Origin: Candidatus Babeliales bacterium
GTDB taxonomy: Bacteria > Babelota > Babeliae > Babelales > JANWKD01
Reading direction: 5' to 3'
NCBI GenBank assembly: GCA_963762115.1
Contig: CAVXJH010000006.1
Coordinates: forward strand, 1 to 64,000
Length of the DNA stretch: 64,000 bases
The position numbers and the translations under genes were made by a program. This document shows, piece after piece, positions 47,907 through 58,030 of this stretch (the stretch's first letter is position 1; each line of letters starts with the position of its first letter). Under the pieces are notes generated by a model. It was given only the letters and a program-made list of their open reading frames with translations. It was not told the DNA's origin and did not search any database.

Positions 47907-49622
47907 TCACTGAAGATTAGCAGGATTTCTCAGATGATAATCTTGTGGATTTTTTTCACTCACAAAATCAGGTTTATACAATATTTTATCATCAGTAAAA
48001 TATTCTGGACGAGCTATTTTGTCATCTCCATTACCCTGGGCATAATAAATCAGATCTGTTATTTTTTCATTAAAGCGAGGAGTTAAATCAAGTCCTTTAA
48101 TATCTTTAAAGAGATTATAAACTGCATCAAGGACAAGTTGCGCATTTTCTTTACCCAGACTGGGGGCAATTACCATTATTGGTGGTACTTCATTGCCATA
48201 TTCTTTTGTTAATTTTTCTTTAAGTATTTGTGGATTTTCTTCAAAATCAAAATCACTTCTCACTTTAAGAGTATTTACCGCTTTTTGTAATGCAGGGTTT
48301 GTCCCAAGAGCTTTCAAAAATTGTTCTAAGATTATCATAAAATCGTTAGCATCTTTTGGCATCAAATGAATTTTATATAAACCAACCAAATCTTCTTTGA
48401 TTTTTTTCAACCGCTCTTCTGGTGTCCCTGCGGGTGCATTGTAATAAGATTTTAACACAAGCTCGCTGTCATCTCCAGGACTAGTCCTAACTCCTTTAAT
48501 TAATAGAGGAGAACCAAGAAAGATATAACCTCCAAAAAAAAGCTCTTCTATTTTACTTGAACCATCTATTTGTTCAACAAAATTATCTACCCAATCACCT
48601 TTGCTATCATAGGGTACTGTCGTTATACGAAAAAATGGCAATTTTTTTTGCTCTTCTAATTTTCTTCTTTCAAGCTCTTGTTGTTCTCTTTCTTGTTGTA
48701 ATCTCAACTTTTCTTGTCGCTTCACTTCCACTTCACGTTCTCTTTGCTTTTGAATTAAACGCCTTCGCTCTTCTTCACGCTCACGTTTTTCACGCTCAAT
48801 GCGCTGCTCTTCTAATCTTCTTTTTTCAAGAGCTAGTCGTTCTCGTTCTTGTTGTAATCTCAACTCTTCTTGTCGTTTTGCTTCTGCTTCACGTTCCCTT
48901 TGCTTTTGAGCTAAGCGCCTTTGTTCTTCTTCTTTCTTACGTTTTTCACGCTCAATGCGCTGCTCTTCTAATCTTCTCTTTTCAGCCGCTTGCCGTTCCC
49001 GTTCTTGTTGTTCTCTTTCTTGTTGCAATCTCAGCTCTTCTTGTCGCTTCGCTTCCGCTTCACGTTCTCTTTCTAGCTGAAGCTGAATTAAGCGCCTTTG
49101 CTCTTCTTCATATTTGCGTCTTTCACGCTCAATACGTTGCTCTTCTTCTAATCGACTTGTCTCAAGAGCCTGCTGCAACTCCCTTTCTTCTTGTAATCTC
49201 AACTCTTCTTGTCGTTTTGCTTCCGCTTCACGCTCCCGTTGCTCCTGAGCTAAGCGCCTTCGCTCTTCTTCACGCTCACGTTTTTCACGCTCAATACGTT
49301 GCTCTTCTAGTCTTCTTCTTTCATGTCGCTCTCGTTCTTGTTGCGCTCTTACTTGTTGCAATCTTAACTCTTCCCGAACTCGATTACGCTCTTCTAGCTC
49401 TCGTTCAAGAGCCGCTTGTTTTCTTTGCGCCTCAATAATTTGTTGATTTTTTTGTGCTTCACGATACAAGGTTTCTTCTAATACTTTTAAATGATCAGTA
49501 AGTTGAACAAGATTATTTTTTAATGCGTATAATGTTGCATGAACAGGAGAAAAAATGAAAAGAACAAACAAAGATATTATTATTTTTTTCATTTTCACGC
49601 TCATTAACAACCCTCCAGGCAT
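47907..49622 (-). CDS. secreted protein with long E/R/Q coiled-coil repeats and a globular C-terminal domain
   Basis: Signal peptide; repeated REAEAKRQEELRLQQE and RLEEQRIEREKR units; C-terminal domain with YKIHLMP. Confidence 0.8.
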   Translation of the reverse strand: MPGGLLMSVKMKKIIISLFVLFIFSPVHATLYALKNNLVQLTDHLKVLEETLYREAQKNQQIIEAQRKQAALERELEERNRVREELRLQQVRAQQERERHERRRLEEQRIEREKREREEERRRLAQEQREREAEAKRQEELRLQEERELQQALETSRLEEEQRIERERRKYEEEQRRLIQLQLEREREAEAKRQEELRLQQEREQQERERQAAEKRRLEEQRIEREKRKKEEEQRRLAQKQREREAEAKRQEELRLQQERERLALEKRRLEEQRIEREKREREEERRRLIQKQREREVEVKRQEKLRLQQEREQQELERRKLEEQKKLPFFRITTVPYDSKGDWVDNFVEQIDGSSKIEELFFGGYIFLGSPLLIKGVRTSPGDDSELVLKSYYNAPAGTPEERLKKIKEDLVGLYKIHLMPKDANDFMIILEQFLKALGTNPALQKAVNTLKVRSDFDFEENPQILKEKLTKEYGNEVPPIMVIAPSLGKENAQLVLDAVYNLFKDIKGLDLTPRFNEKITDLIYYAQGNGDDKIARPEYFTDDKILYKPDFVSEKNPQDYHLRNPANLQ

Positions 49623-49639
49623 TAAAAATATAAAAAATA

Positions 49640-50050
49640 TTATTCGGGTTTATTTTTTGCAACAAAAACAGCAAGTTGCGCTAACACAAAATTAGCAACT
49701 GCATGGCCTGCATTGCTCAAACACAGCATATAATAGCCTGGCATGCTCAAAAGATTGAGAATTATAATAATATACCAAGCCATAAACAGATAAGCACCAC
49801 ATTTGGCATATTTTGAAAAAATCAAAATCGCAATGGCAATTTCAAAAATACCTACAAGATATAAGATGTACGTTGCTGATAAAGGTATAAGCGAAGTGAC
49901 ATAAGGACTCACGAAACTTTCGCTGCTTGCATTGAAAAAATGAAAAAATTTATCCAACCCCGCCACCAAGGCAATGGTCCCATAGATAATTTTCAATAAA
50001 TAATATGATAAGTGCATACGAGCTGATAATAATTTTGATAGTTCAAACAT
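49640..50050 (-). CDS. DoxX-like membrane protein
   Basis: YG...VAGLDKFF, VGIFEI, four TM segments. Confidence 0.7.
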   Translation of the reverse strand: MFELSKLLSARMHLSYYLLKIIYGTIALVAGLDKFFHFFNASSESFVSPYVTSLIPLSATYILYLVGIFEIAIAILIFSKYAKCGAYLFMAWYIIIILNLLSMPGYYMLCLSNAGHAVANFVLAQLAVFVAKNKPE

Positions 50051-50138
50051 TAGTTACTCCTTAACAATAAACCATTATTATTATTATTTTAGAATACATA
50101 ATGCATTATGGAAAAAACTAGTATTTAGAATAAAAAAA

Positions 50139-51668
50139 TTATTTTTTTTGCATTTCAGATGGAATAGGCAACTTCATATTTTTCAAAATGCATGGCGCAA
50201 TATCAGATAATCCTTGCATATTTGAACAAGGTAATAATGCATTCTCCAAACCTTGTTGCACCATCAAAAAAATAACCGGATTTGTTGTATGAGATGTTTT
50301 AATTTGTTTGGTCTTCTCATCAAACATTTCTTCAGCTTTACCATGATCAGCAGTAATATAAAGAGTACCTTTCATTTTTTTAACTACCGTTTCGTATAAA
50401 ACACCCAATTGCTTATCAAGACATTCAACTGCCTTAATAGTCGCTGCTAAGTTTCCTGAATGGCCTACCATGTCAGCATTGGCATAATTAATAAGATAAA
50501 AATCTTTCGGTTCATGCTCAAGTGATTCAATAACTGCTTGCGTAATTTTATCTGCAGACATTTCAGGAAAATGAATATAATTTTTGGCAACAATTGAAGG
50601 AATTAACACGCGTGTTTCGTCAGTATGCACCTTTTCATTGCCCGCATTAAAAAAATACGTAACATGGGCATATTTTTCCGTTTCAGCAATAGCAAACATA
50701 CTTTTTTGAGCAGCTTCCAAAACATCCATGAGCGTATTTTTGATTGGCTTTTTTTCATATAAAACGGTTGTTTTTAGCGTATCGTGATCATAAGCAACCG
50801 GCGTCATAAAAAAAGAGGTGATAACTTTTTTATGTTCAAATTTATCAAAGGCTTGACCAACAAAAGCTTGCGTTAATTGACGAGCACGATCAGGTCGATA
50901 ATTAAAAAAAACAACCGCATCACCATCCGCAATTATTGAATCAGCATGCAATGGCGTTGGCGGTATAAATTCATCAAATAGTTCATCGTTATAATAAAAA
51001 TCGAGAGCATGCTGCCATGTTTCAAAATGCATTTCTTGTTTTTCGGTTAACACGCGATAACTTGCCGCTGTACGTTCCCAATTTTTATCACGATCCATAG
51101 CATAAAATCTGCCATGCAATGAGCCCAAAATGCCGTAGTTATTTTTTTGCATTTCATTTTCAAGATTCTGCAAATAGTATGATGCTGATTGCGGTGCAAC
51201 GTCACGCCCATCAAGAATTGCATGAACAAAAGTATCTTTTATCCCCGCTTGCTGTGCTGCTTTCAAAAAAGCATAAGCATGCGATTGCTGACTATGAACA
51301 CCGCCATCAGACAGAAGACCAATAATATGTAAGCGACCATTGCGTGCCGCCAACCTTTCAAAGCTTTTAGTCAAAATAGGATTAGCAAAGAAATCACCAT
51401 TTTTTATAGCATTATCAATAATGACTGCATCTTGTTGAACAATCCGCCCACTGCCAATAGTAAAATGCCCAACTTCTGAATTACCCATAACGCCATCATT
51501 GAGCCCAACGGCACAACCAGACGCTTGCAACAGCACATGAGGATACGTTTTTAAAAGATAATCAAGATTTGGGGTCTGTGCTAGGGCAATTGCATTCGAT
51601 GTGCGATCTTGTCTATAGCCAAACCCGTCAAGAATAACCAACACTGTTGGCGGTAAAAAATATACCAT
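50139..51668 (-). CDS. gpmI: 2,3-bisphosphoglycerate-independent phosphoglycerate mutase
   Basis: ILDGFG, MGNSEVGH, GRFYAMDRD, AETEKYAHVT, NADMVGH, TADHG. Confidence 0.97.
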   Translation of the reverse strand: MVYFLPPTVLVILDGFGYRQDRTSNAIALAQTPNLDYLLKTYPHVLLQASGCAVGLNDGVMGNSEVGHFTIGSGRIVQQDAVIIDNAIKNGDFFANPILTKSFERLAARNGRLHIIGLLSDGGVHSQQSHAYAFLKAAQQAGIKDTFVHAILDGRDVAPQSASYYLQNLENEMQKNNYGILGSLHGRFYAMDRDKNWERTAASYRVLTEKQEMHFETWQHALDFYYNDELFDEFIPPTPLHADSIIADGDAVVFFNYRPDRARQLTQAFVGQAFDKFEHKKVITSFFMTPVAYDHDTLKTTVLYEKKPIKNTLMDVLEAAQKSMFAIAETEKYAHVTYFFNAGNEKVHTDETRVLIPSIVAKNYIHFPEMSADKITQAVIESLEHEPKDFYLINYANADMVGHSGNLAATIKAVECLDKQLGVLYETVVKKMKGTLYITADHGKAEEMFDEKTKQIKTSHTTNPVIFLMVQQGLENALLPCSNMQGLSDIAPCILKNMKLPIPSEMQKK

Positions 51669-51762
51669 TTGTGTATATCCTCAGGATAGTTACCTATGTT
51701 TCTATGAAAAAATAGTGTATATTAGTATTCTTCCATTTTAGTAATCTTGTAAAGGAAATCAT

Positions 51763-52071
51763 ATGAACAATAAATTAGTATTATATATTCTTTTCGTATC
51801 AGCAAGCTTACAACCCCTTGCCATAAAAGCTTTTGAAACAGAAACAACTGAAACAATTACAACAAACAATACTGCTGAACCTATCGGTTATGATGAACTT
51901 GATGCTATTTATCAAGAACAAGGTGGTAATAGTGAAGAAATGGTATCATCTACGCAAATGCCAGAATGGGTAGTCTCTCTAGGTCTTGCCGTGATCTTAA
52001 AGTATCTTGCTCTTAAAGATTTTATGAACAGCTCCTGGGATCGCATCAAACAAACAATCGGTCGTAAATAA
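51763..52071 (+). CDS. hypothetical secreted/membrane protein
   Basis: Signal peptide plus C-terminal hydrophobic helix; AAAGGA RBS. Confidence 0.65.
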   Translation: MNNKLVLYILFVSASLQPLAIKAFETETTETITTNNTAEPIGYDELDAIYQEQGGNSEEMVSSTQMPEWVVSLGLAVILKYLALKDFMNSSWDRIKQTIGRK

Positions 52072-52079
52072 TTACTCCT

Positions 52080-52847
52080 ATGCATACCACAAAACATGAA
52101 TTTGCTCTTTTTTGGCAAGGCAAAAAACCATTAAAAGAACAAAGCGCGCATGGCACTTGCTTAATTGATGATCCTATCCTTTATCATCGTATAATCACCG
52201 TGTTACGCTTAAAAAAAGATGAAGAAATTACCCTTTTTGATCGTTTTATTCATTGTCGAGTAAAAATTATTGCTCTTGAAAAAAAACACATTGTAGCAAC
52301 CGTTCTTCATTCTGCTCAGAATAGTATCATTCAACCATCGCTCACTTTTTTATTACCACTTCTCAAGCGTGAAGCACTTCATGAAGCTATATATTCACTA
52401 ACCGAAATTGGTTGCACCACCATTCAACTCATAACAACAAAAAAAATACATGGTTCTTTGAGTGGTGAAAAAGAATTTGAAAAGATGCAAAAAATTGTCA
52501 TTGCAGCTGCAGAACAATCAAAAAATTTTAACTTTCTTGAAATACTCAAACCAATTTCACTTGAACATGCCTTAGCGCAAAGTGATCTGCAAACTAATGC
52601 AAAAAAAATATTCTTTGATCCGCAAGGCATTTCTTGTAACCAATTTTTAACAACTCTAGAAAGAGATGCTCTTAATACTACACACTATTTCTTATTAATT
52701 GGCCCTGAAGGTGATTTAACGCAACAAGAAAAAGAAATTGTTCACGCCGCACATTTTTCATCGATAAAACTTACACAAACTATTTTACGAGCACAACAAG
52801 CAGCACTCCTTGGAGCAGGGATTATACGATCATATATGAGAGAATAA
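52080..52847 (+). CDS. rsmE: 16S rRNA m3U1498 methyltransferase
   Basis: VLRL, TEIG, AAEQS, IGPEGDL, ILRA. Confidence 0.92.
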   Translation: MHTTKHEFALFWQGKKPLKEQSAHGTCLIDDPILYHRIITVLRLKKDEEITLFDRFIHCRVKIIALEKKHIVATVLHSAQNSIIQPSLTFLLPLLKREALHEAIYSLTEIGCTTIQLITTKKIHGSLSGEKEFEKMQKIVIAAAEQSKNFNFLEILKPISLEHALAQSDLQTNAKKIFFDPQGISCNQFLTTLERDALNTTHYFLLIGPEGDLTQQEKEIVHAAHFSSIKLTQTILRAQQAALLGAGIIRSYMRE

Positions 52848-52871
52848 TTACTTTTTTTCAAGAAAGGATAG

Positions 52872-53273
52872 ATGAAAATGATTAAAAAATTAACCCACCT
52901 CACGTTATTTGTGCACAACCAAGAGGATTCCCTCAATTTTTATACCCATAAGCTTGGTTTTAAGGTACATACTGATATGATCGATAACAATGGCGCCCGT
53001 TGGCTCACCGTTTGCCTCCCTGAAAACCCTGATTTTGAACTTATATTAATGCCTGCCATAAATGAATTTGAGACCTCATTAGTTGGCCAACAGGGAAATA
53101 CTATGCCTTTGGCTTGTTTTTCAACCGATAATTGCCAAAAAACCTATGAAGAACTAAAGGCTAAGGGAGTTGAATTCACTCAAAACCCCCTTAAACAGCC
53201 TTGGAGAATTAATGCCATCTTTAAAGATCTTTATGGTACCCTTTTTAACCTGGTCGAACCACTAAAAGAATAG
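52872..53273 (+). CDS. VOC/glyoxalase family protein
   Basis: FYTHKLGF, RWLTV, YEELKAKGVEF, FKDLYG. Confidence 0.9.
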   Translation: MKMIKKLTHLTLFVHNQEDSLNFYTHKLGFKVHTDMIDNNGARWLTVCLPENPDFELILMPAINEFETSLVGQQGNTMPLACFSTDNCQKTYEELKAKGVEFTQNPLKQPWRINAIFKDLYGTLFNLVEPLKE

Positions 53274-53377
53274 AATTTTATCAATTTTTCTTTTAATATA
53301 TTTCTAATTGACATTTATATAGAATGCTATAAACTGATAGTAACAGTAATTTTTAACCTATTCTTAAAGGAGAATAT

Positions 53378-54463
53378 ATGTCAAAATTCAATAAAATAGC
53401 CTTATTATTGGTGGCAACAGCAACTTTCGCTGTTAATGCCATGGAAAAAAAAGCAACTTCATTAGTTAGCCTAACCCATGAAGACCGCGTAAGCAGAATT
53501 ACCCCTCAAACCATTATTGGTATGTTGGCACCGTTATCATCTGAACAAGATAGAATTGTTCGTTCTTGGACTCATGAAAACGCTTGGATCCTCGCTCAAT
53601 TAGTGGAGATATCATCATTTAATGATTTCCCAGCAATATATAAAGCAAATACTGAACAATTAGAAGCAATTGGTGTTAAAAATCTTGGAACATCAAATTA
53701 TGATTTTCAAATTCCTGGATCAGCAGTAATTGCTAAAGTATCTGGTATGGCAACACGCAGACAAAACATTATTGCAGGACAAGATCAAATGACAGAAAGC
53801 AATAATTTGATCAATGCTTATTCTACATCTCTTGAAGGCGCTGCAAGAGAAGCAGCCTTTGAAAATATTAAAAGATTCAGAACACAACGTTTTGCAGAAT
53901 ATCAACGAAACCCTGTTAAAACATATCAAGGAATTTCGCGAGCAGCTTATTATATTTTATTAAAAGAAACTCAAGAACAAGAAAATCTTAATGATATCTA
54001 TGTTCCTCAAACAAATATTGTTGCCTTTACTGGCAAAGAAGATGAATCACATGTTTCTGATGAATCTCACTTTGTTGTTGAAGAATATCTTGAAGATTTA
54101 CAAAAAATGACTCCTGAAGTTTTACGTGATTTATCACCTAAAACTATCGTACAAATTTTGAAGGCTATAAACGGGGCATCTTTATGGTCAATTGGTGGCA
54201 ATCTTGGTGTAAGAGCTGATGAAAAAACAGTCGTCTTACATGATCTTGAACAACCTGATTGCATGAGTCCTCAAAATTTTGTATTAAAAAATAAAGAACG
54301 TGCTCAAATTGATGCTGCAATTGGTATACGTGAAGTATTAGACTTAATACATAATAATGAAAACCAACTAGATGCAGCAAGGGAATTCATAACTAATGAT
54401 GAAGAAATTATTCTATATTCTTGGTATGAAAACCACATACTGCCTGGTTTAAAATTGCAATAA
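53378..54463 (+). CDS. secreted protein with possible kinase-like fold
   Basis: VNA|MEK; VIAK, YVPQT, FVVEEYL, GNL...VVLHDLE spaced as in protein kinase-like families. Confidence 0.55.
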   Translation: MSKFNKIALLLVATATFAVNAMEKKATSLVSLTHEDRVSRITPQTIIGMLAPLSSEQDRIVRSWTHENAWILAQLVEISSFNDFPAIYKANTEQLEAIGVKNLGTSNYDFQIPGSAVIAKVSGMATRRQNIIAGQDQMTESNNLINAYSTSLEGAAREAAFENIKRFRTQRFAEYQRNPVKTYQGISRAAYYILLKETQEQENLNDIYVPQTNIVAFTGKEDESHVSDESHFVVEEYLEDLQKMTPEVLRDLSPKTIVQILKAINGASLWSIGGNLGVRADEKTVVLHDLEQPDCMSPQNFVLKNKERAQIDAAIGIREVLDLIHNNENQLDAAREFITNDEEIILYSWYENHILPGLKLQ

Positions 54464-54489
54464 CAATTTTTACTACATAAAAAAACTAG

Positions 54490-54523
54490 AGAGCGGAGAT
54501 GCAAAAATCTCCGCTCTTTTTTT
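54490..54523 (+). terminator. intrinsic terminator
   Basis: AGAGCGGAGAT-N6-ATCTCCGCTCT followed by a T-run. Confidence 0.8.
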
Positions 54524-54617
54524 GTATTTAAATACAAAACTATTGCTTTTATAATCAACCCTTTTGTAGAATCTCCTTAAGGAGAATACGATTTTCAATT
54601 AAAGGGAGGAAATCACC

Positions 54618-55091
54618 ATGAAATGGTTATTATTTTTTAGTATAGTATTTATTGGCATCACTGCTAACGCAATGGAAAAAAAAGCTCTTCTTGGCAAAAA
54701 TAAAAAAGACAATAAACAACTTGCTATAATCAAAGAACGCACTGCCTATGCAAACGAATTTATTGGCAATATTGATAAAGTCTTGCAGAAGAATGGTTTT
54801 ACTGAAAAAAATCAAAAAGCAATCTTAAAACAAATTAGCGCCGACCTCAAAGCAACTGATGTTTCCTCTGAGAAAGGCCTTGAAGGTTTTTTTGAATACG
54901 CTCAATATGCAACAGTGGTCTTAAAAAAACTTGACGCTGAAACAGATACTTATTTTGAACAAGTTTTTTGTTTAGGCCAACTATGTGTAATGACAGCTCA
55001 ATGCAATACCAAAAAAGCAGACAAACTAATGAAGCAGCAATTTGCATTAGAACAACAAAAGTTGCAAAAACTTGAAGATTCAGTTGAATAA
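54618..55091 (+). CDS. hypothetical secreted protein
   Basis: GGGAGG RBS; ANA|MEK. Confidence 0.75.
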   Translation: MKWLLFFSIVFIGITANAMEKKALLGKNKKDNKQLAIIKERTAYANEFIGNIDKVLQKNGFTEKNQKAILKQISADLKATDVSSEKGLEGFFEYAQYATVVLKKLDAETDTYFEQVFCLGQLCVMTAQCNTKKADKLMKQQFALEQQKLQKLEDSVE

Positions 55092-55098
55092 ATAGTAT

Positions 55099-55722
55099 TT
55101 ACACATGCAACAAAACAGCACGAGCAGGAGCAGCATCAATGCCAACCAACAATAACGGCAAGCAGATCAAAATATAACTTCCCGCTTGCACATGTTCAAG
55201 ACGCAATCCCTCAATAAGAGAAATACTATTCCCCAGAAGAATTTTGTGTGTTTCATGATCTGGTTGATTGCGCTCGATACCCAAATAATCAATACCGACT
55301 GTTTTTATGCCACATGCAACAAGATGTTCAGCACCCGTTTTATCAAGATACACAAAATCATGCTTAAACGGTGCATCGACAGATAATGCACTATTTTTCG
55401 TTTTAAACAGAATAATTTCTTCTGCATTAAATTCATATGATGCCAAATCTTGCGCACTAATGCTTGACTCAATAAAAGTAACATCAAGAACTCTACAAGG
55501 CCCCATAAAATGCGCTAAGGGAATTTCATCAATACTGCTGCCATTTTTAATGAAATGTAATGGCGCATCAATATGCGTTCCGGTATGCGAGTGCAATGAG
55601 ATCATATGCTCAACAGCATCGCTTGAAGGCTTTGATAAAGCATGTATAGCAACATGTTTGGCATCTTTATACTGCGTCATTATTGCGCTAATTGGCCAAC
55701 TAATATCAATTATGTGCATCAT
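55099..55722 (-). CDS. cyclase-family metal-dependent hydrolase (kynurenine formamidase-like)
   Basis: HSHTGTHIDAPLHF, VGIDYLG, IEGL, DAAPARAVL. Confidence 0.9.
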   Translation of the reverse strand: MMHIIDISWPISAIMTQYKDAKHVAIHALSKPSSDAVEHMISLHSHTGTHIDAPLHFIKNGSSIDEIPLAHFMGPCRVLDVTFIESSISAQDLASYEFNAEEIILFKTKNSALSVDAPFKHDFVYLDKTGAEHLVACGIKTVGIDYLGIERNQPDHETHKILLGNSISLIEGLRLEHVQAGSYILICLPLLLVGIDAAPARAVLLHV

Positions 55723-56633
55723 TATTCTTTCAAACTTTTTTTAATGCTATGACCACCAAACTGATTGCGCAAGAGAGCAACAATCTTTGTTGCATAATTA
55801 CCACCAGATTTTTGTGACCAATCGCGAATTTTAACGGCATCTTCAATCATGGGAACAGGAACATTTTTTTCATGTGCTTCTTGCACAGTCCAACGCCCTG
55901 TACCATTATCAGCAACTTCTCCAGAAATACTTTTAAATTCCTGATCATGTTCAAACACCGTTTGCGTTAATTCTAAAATCCATGATCGAATTACAGAACC
56001 GTGATTCCAAACGCGCGTAATAGCAGCAAGATCAAAATGTTGATATGAACCATTTTTTAATACTGATAACCCTTCAGCATATGATTCAAGTAATGCATAC
56101 TCAATACCATTATGCACCATTTTTACATAATGCCCTGCCCCAGCAGGACCTAAATAAGCATAACCATCAGGCGCTGCCAAAACTTTGAAAATATCCTCAA
56201 TCTGTAAAAAGGCATGATGATCACCACCAATCATCAAAGAAAAACCTCGTTCTTTTCCGTGAATGCCGCCTGAAGTTCCACAGTCCAAAAATGCTATCTG
56301 CAAGAGAGAAAGTTCTTTTGCACGACGCACTGAATCGGTAAAATGACTATTGCCACCATCAACGATAATCGAACCCGCTTTTAAATAAGAACGAAATTGT
56401 TCTAATACCGTATCAAGCAAAGGCCCTGCAGGAAGCATGCACCAGATGATATGTGTTTGTTGTGCAATAAGATCAATGCGATCGACAAGCTCACCGCCGA
56501 GCGCTAACAAATGTTGCCGTGCTTGGTGATTAGGATCAAAACCAAGAACACGATACCCGGCCTTAATTAAGCGGAACGCAACAGCATTGCCCATCTTGCC
56601 AAGACCAACAACCCCAATTTTCATGATTGCCAC
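55722..56633 (-). CDS. gnd: 6-phosphogluconate dehydrogenase (short type)
   Basis: GLGKMG, DGGNS, GTSGG, GAGHYVKMVHNGIEY, RNQFGGH. Confidence 0.95.
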   Translation of the reverse strand: MAIMKIGVVGLGKMGNAVAFRLIKAGYRVLGFDPNHQARQHLLALGGELVDRIDLIAQQTHIIWCMLPAGPLLDTVLEQFRSYLKAGSIIVDGGNSHFTDSVRRAKELSLLQIAFLDCGTSGGIHGKERGFSLMIGGDHHAFLQIEDIFKVLAAPDGYAYLGPAGAGHYVKMVHNGIEYALLESYAEGLSVLKNGSYQHFDLAAITRVWNHGSVIRSWILELTQTVFEHDQEFKSISGEVADNGTGRWTVQEAHEKNVPVPMIEDAVKIRDWSQKSGGNYATKIVALLRNQFGGHSIKKSLKE

Positions 56634-58030
56634 CTCATACCATTTTTGTGCGCAAAATCTTTTAACTCTTCAGGACCATTCGTACCTTTTTCATACTGAT
56701 AAAGCGGTAAATGTAAGGCTTTGATTTTTTCAATAACATCCCATGCATATTCAATTTCATCAAAACGCACTGAAATTGATTGTTCTCCCGCCATAACTTC
56801 TTGCAACACCAATTCATAGGTATTACCTTTTACAGAACCAAATCGACATTCATAACAAAAGTCCATCGATACCGGCATAACTTCAACCAGCATGCCCGGT
56901 TTTTTTACATTAAGTTCCAATGAAAATCCCGGCTCTGGTAAAACACGAATGGTCAACTTATTTGCTTCACTGGGACAGCTTGAAGAGAGCAAGCATACAA
57001 CGGGTTTAAATTGAATCGTTATAACCGTTTCTTTTTTAGTCAAACACTTTCCGGTGGAAACATAAAAAGGCACATTCTCCCAACGTGGCGTATCAATCAG
57101 CAACTTCACTGCAGCAAAAGTTTCAGTCGTGGAATTTGGCTTGATACCTTTATCATGGTGATAGCCTTCATATTGCGCCAATATACCGTCAACAGGACGA
57201 ATTTTTTGCAAAATGCACGTTGTTTGATCACGAATAGAATCACCGCTCAGCGAACACGGTGCTTCCATTGCCAATAATGCTACAATTTGCATCAAATGAT
57301 TTTGGACAACATCTTTCAAAGCACCATATTTATCATAATAAGCACCACGACCATCAACGCAAACTGTTTCACGCAAAGCAATTTCAACCCATTCAATATT
57401 TTCACTATTCCATAAAGGCTCAAAAACACGATTGGTAAATCTAACCAAGGCAAGTGTGCCCACAATATCTTTTGCCAAATAGTGATCAACACGAAAAATT
57501 TGTGATTCATCAAGATAGTTTGAAATCAACACATTCATCTCATGTGCTGATGCACGATCTTGACCAAATGGTTTTTCGTATACAACGCGACACCAAGGAT
57601 TTTGTGCGTCATTTTTATCAATCCGTTTGATAATGCCATTATTGGCAAATGCTTGCGTAACGGGAACAAAAAATTGTGGGGGAATTGCCATATATATAAT
57701 TCGATTGCCCACTTGATTAAACTTTTTTTGTTCAAGATCAGTTATTAATGCAGCAAGTTCTTCAACATTTTTTTGCACAGAAAAATCTGTTTTTTTATAC
57801 CAAAAATGATCAATAAACTTCTGCCATGTTTGTTCATCAAATTCTTCGACAAACTCTCGAGCGCCAGCAAGAATTTCTGATGGTTCTTTTGTTTCAAGCG
57901 CTACGCCCATAATGAACCATTGCTGCGGCATTTTGCCATGTTTCAATAATGAATATAAAGCAGGTAATAAGCGACGTCTTGCTAAATCTCCTGTTGCTCC
58001 CACTACTACAAACGTTATACATTCAGTCAT
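56621..58030 (-). CDS. zwf: glucose-6-phosphate 1-dehydrogenase
   Basis: GATGDLA, EKPFG, RVDHYLAK, DVVQNH, TETF. Confidence 0.95.
   Translation of the reverse strand: MTECITFVVVGATGDLARRRLLPALYSLLKHGKMPQQWFIMGVALETKEPSEILAGAREFVEEFDEQTWQKFIDHFWYKKTDFSVQKNVEELAALITDLEQKKFNQVGNRIIYMAIPPQFFVPVTQAFANNGIIKRIDKNDAQNPWCRVVYEKPFGQDRASAHEMNVLISNYLDESQIFRVDHYLAKDIVGTLALVRFTNRVFEPLWNSENIEWVEIALRETVCVDGRGAYYDKYGALKDVVQNHLMQIVALLAMEAPCSLSGDSIRDQTTCILQKIRPVDGILAQYEGYHHDKGIKPNSTTETFAAVKLLIDTPRWENVPFYVSTGKCLTKKETVITIQFKPVVCLLSSSCPSEANKLTIRVLPEPGFSLELNVKKPGMLVEVMPVSMDFCYECRFGSVKGNTYELVLQEVMAGEQSISVRFDEIEYAWDVIEKIKALHLPLYQYEKGTNGPEELKDFAHKNGMRWQS

Noticed and set aside
48557..49438. 293-aa hydrophobic ORF on the + strand
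   Set aside because: Antisense shadow of the low-complexity E/R/Q coiled-coil gene.
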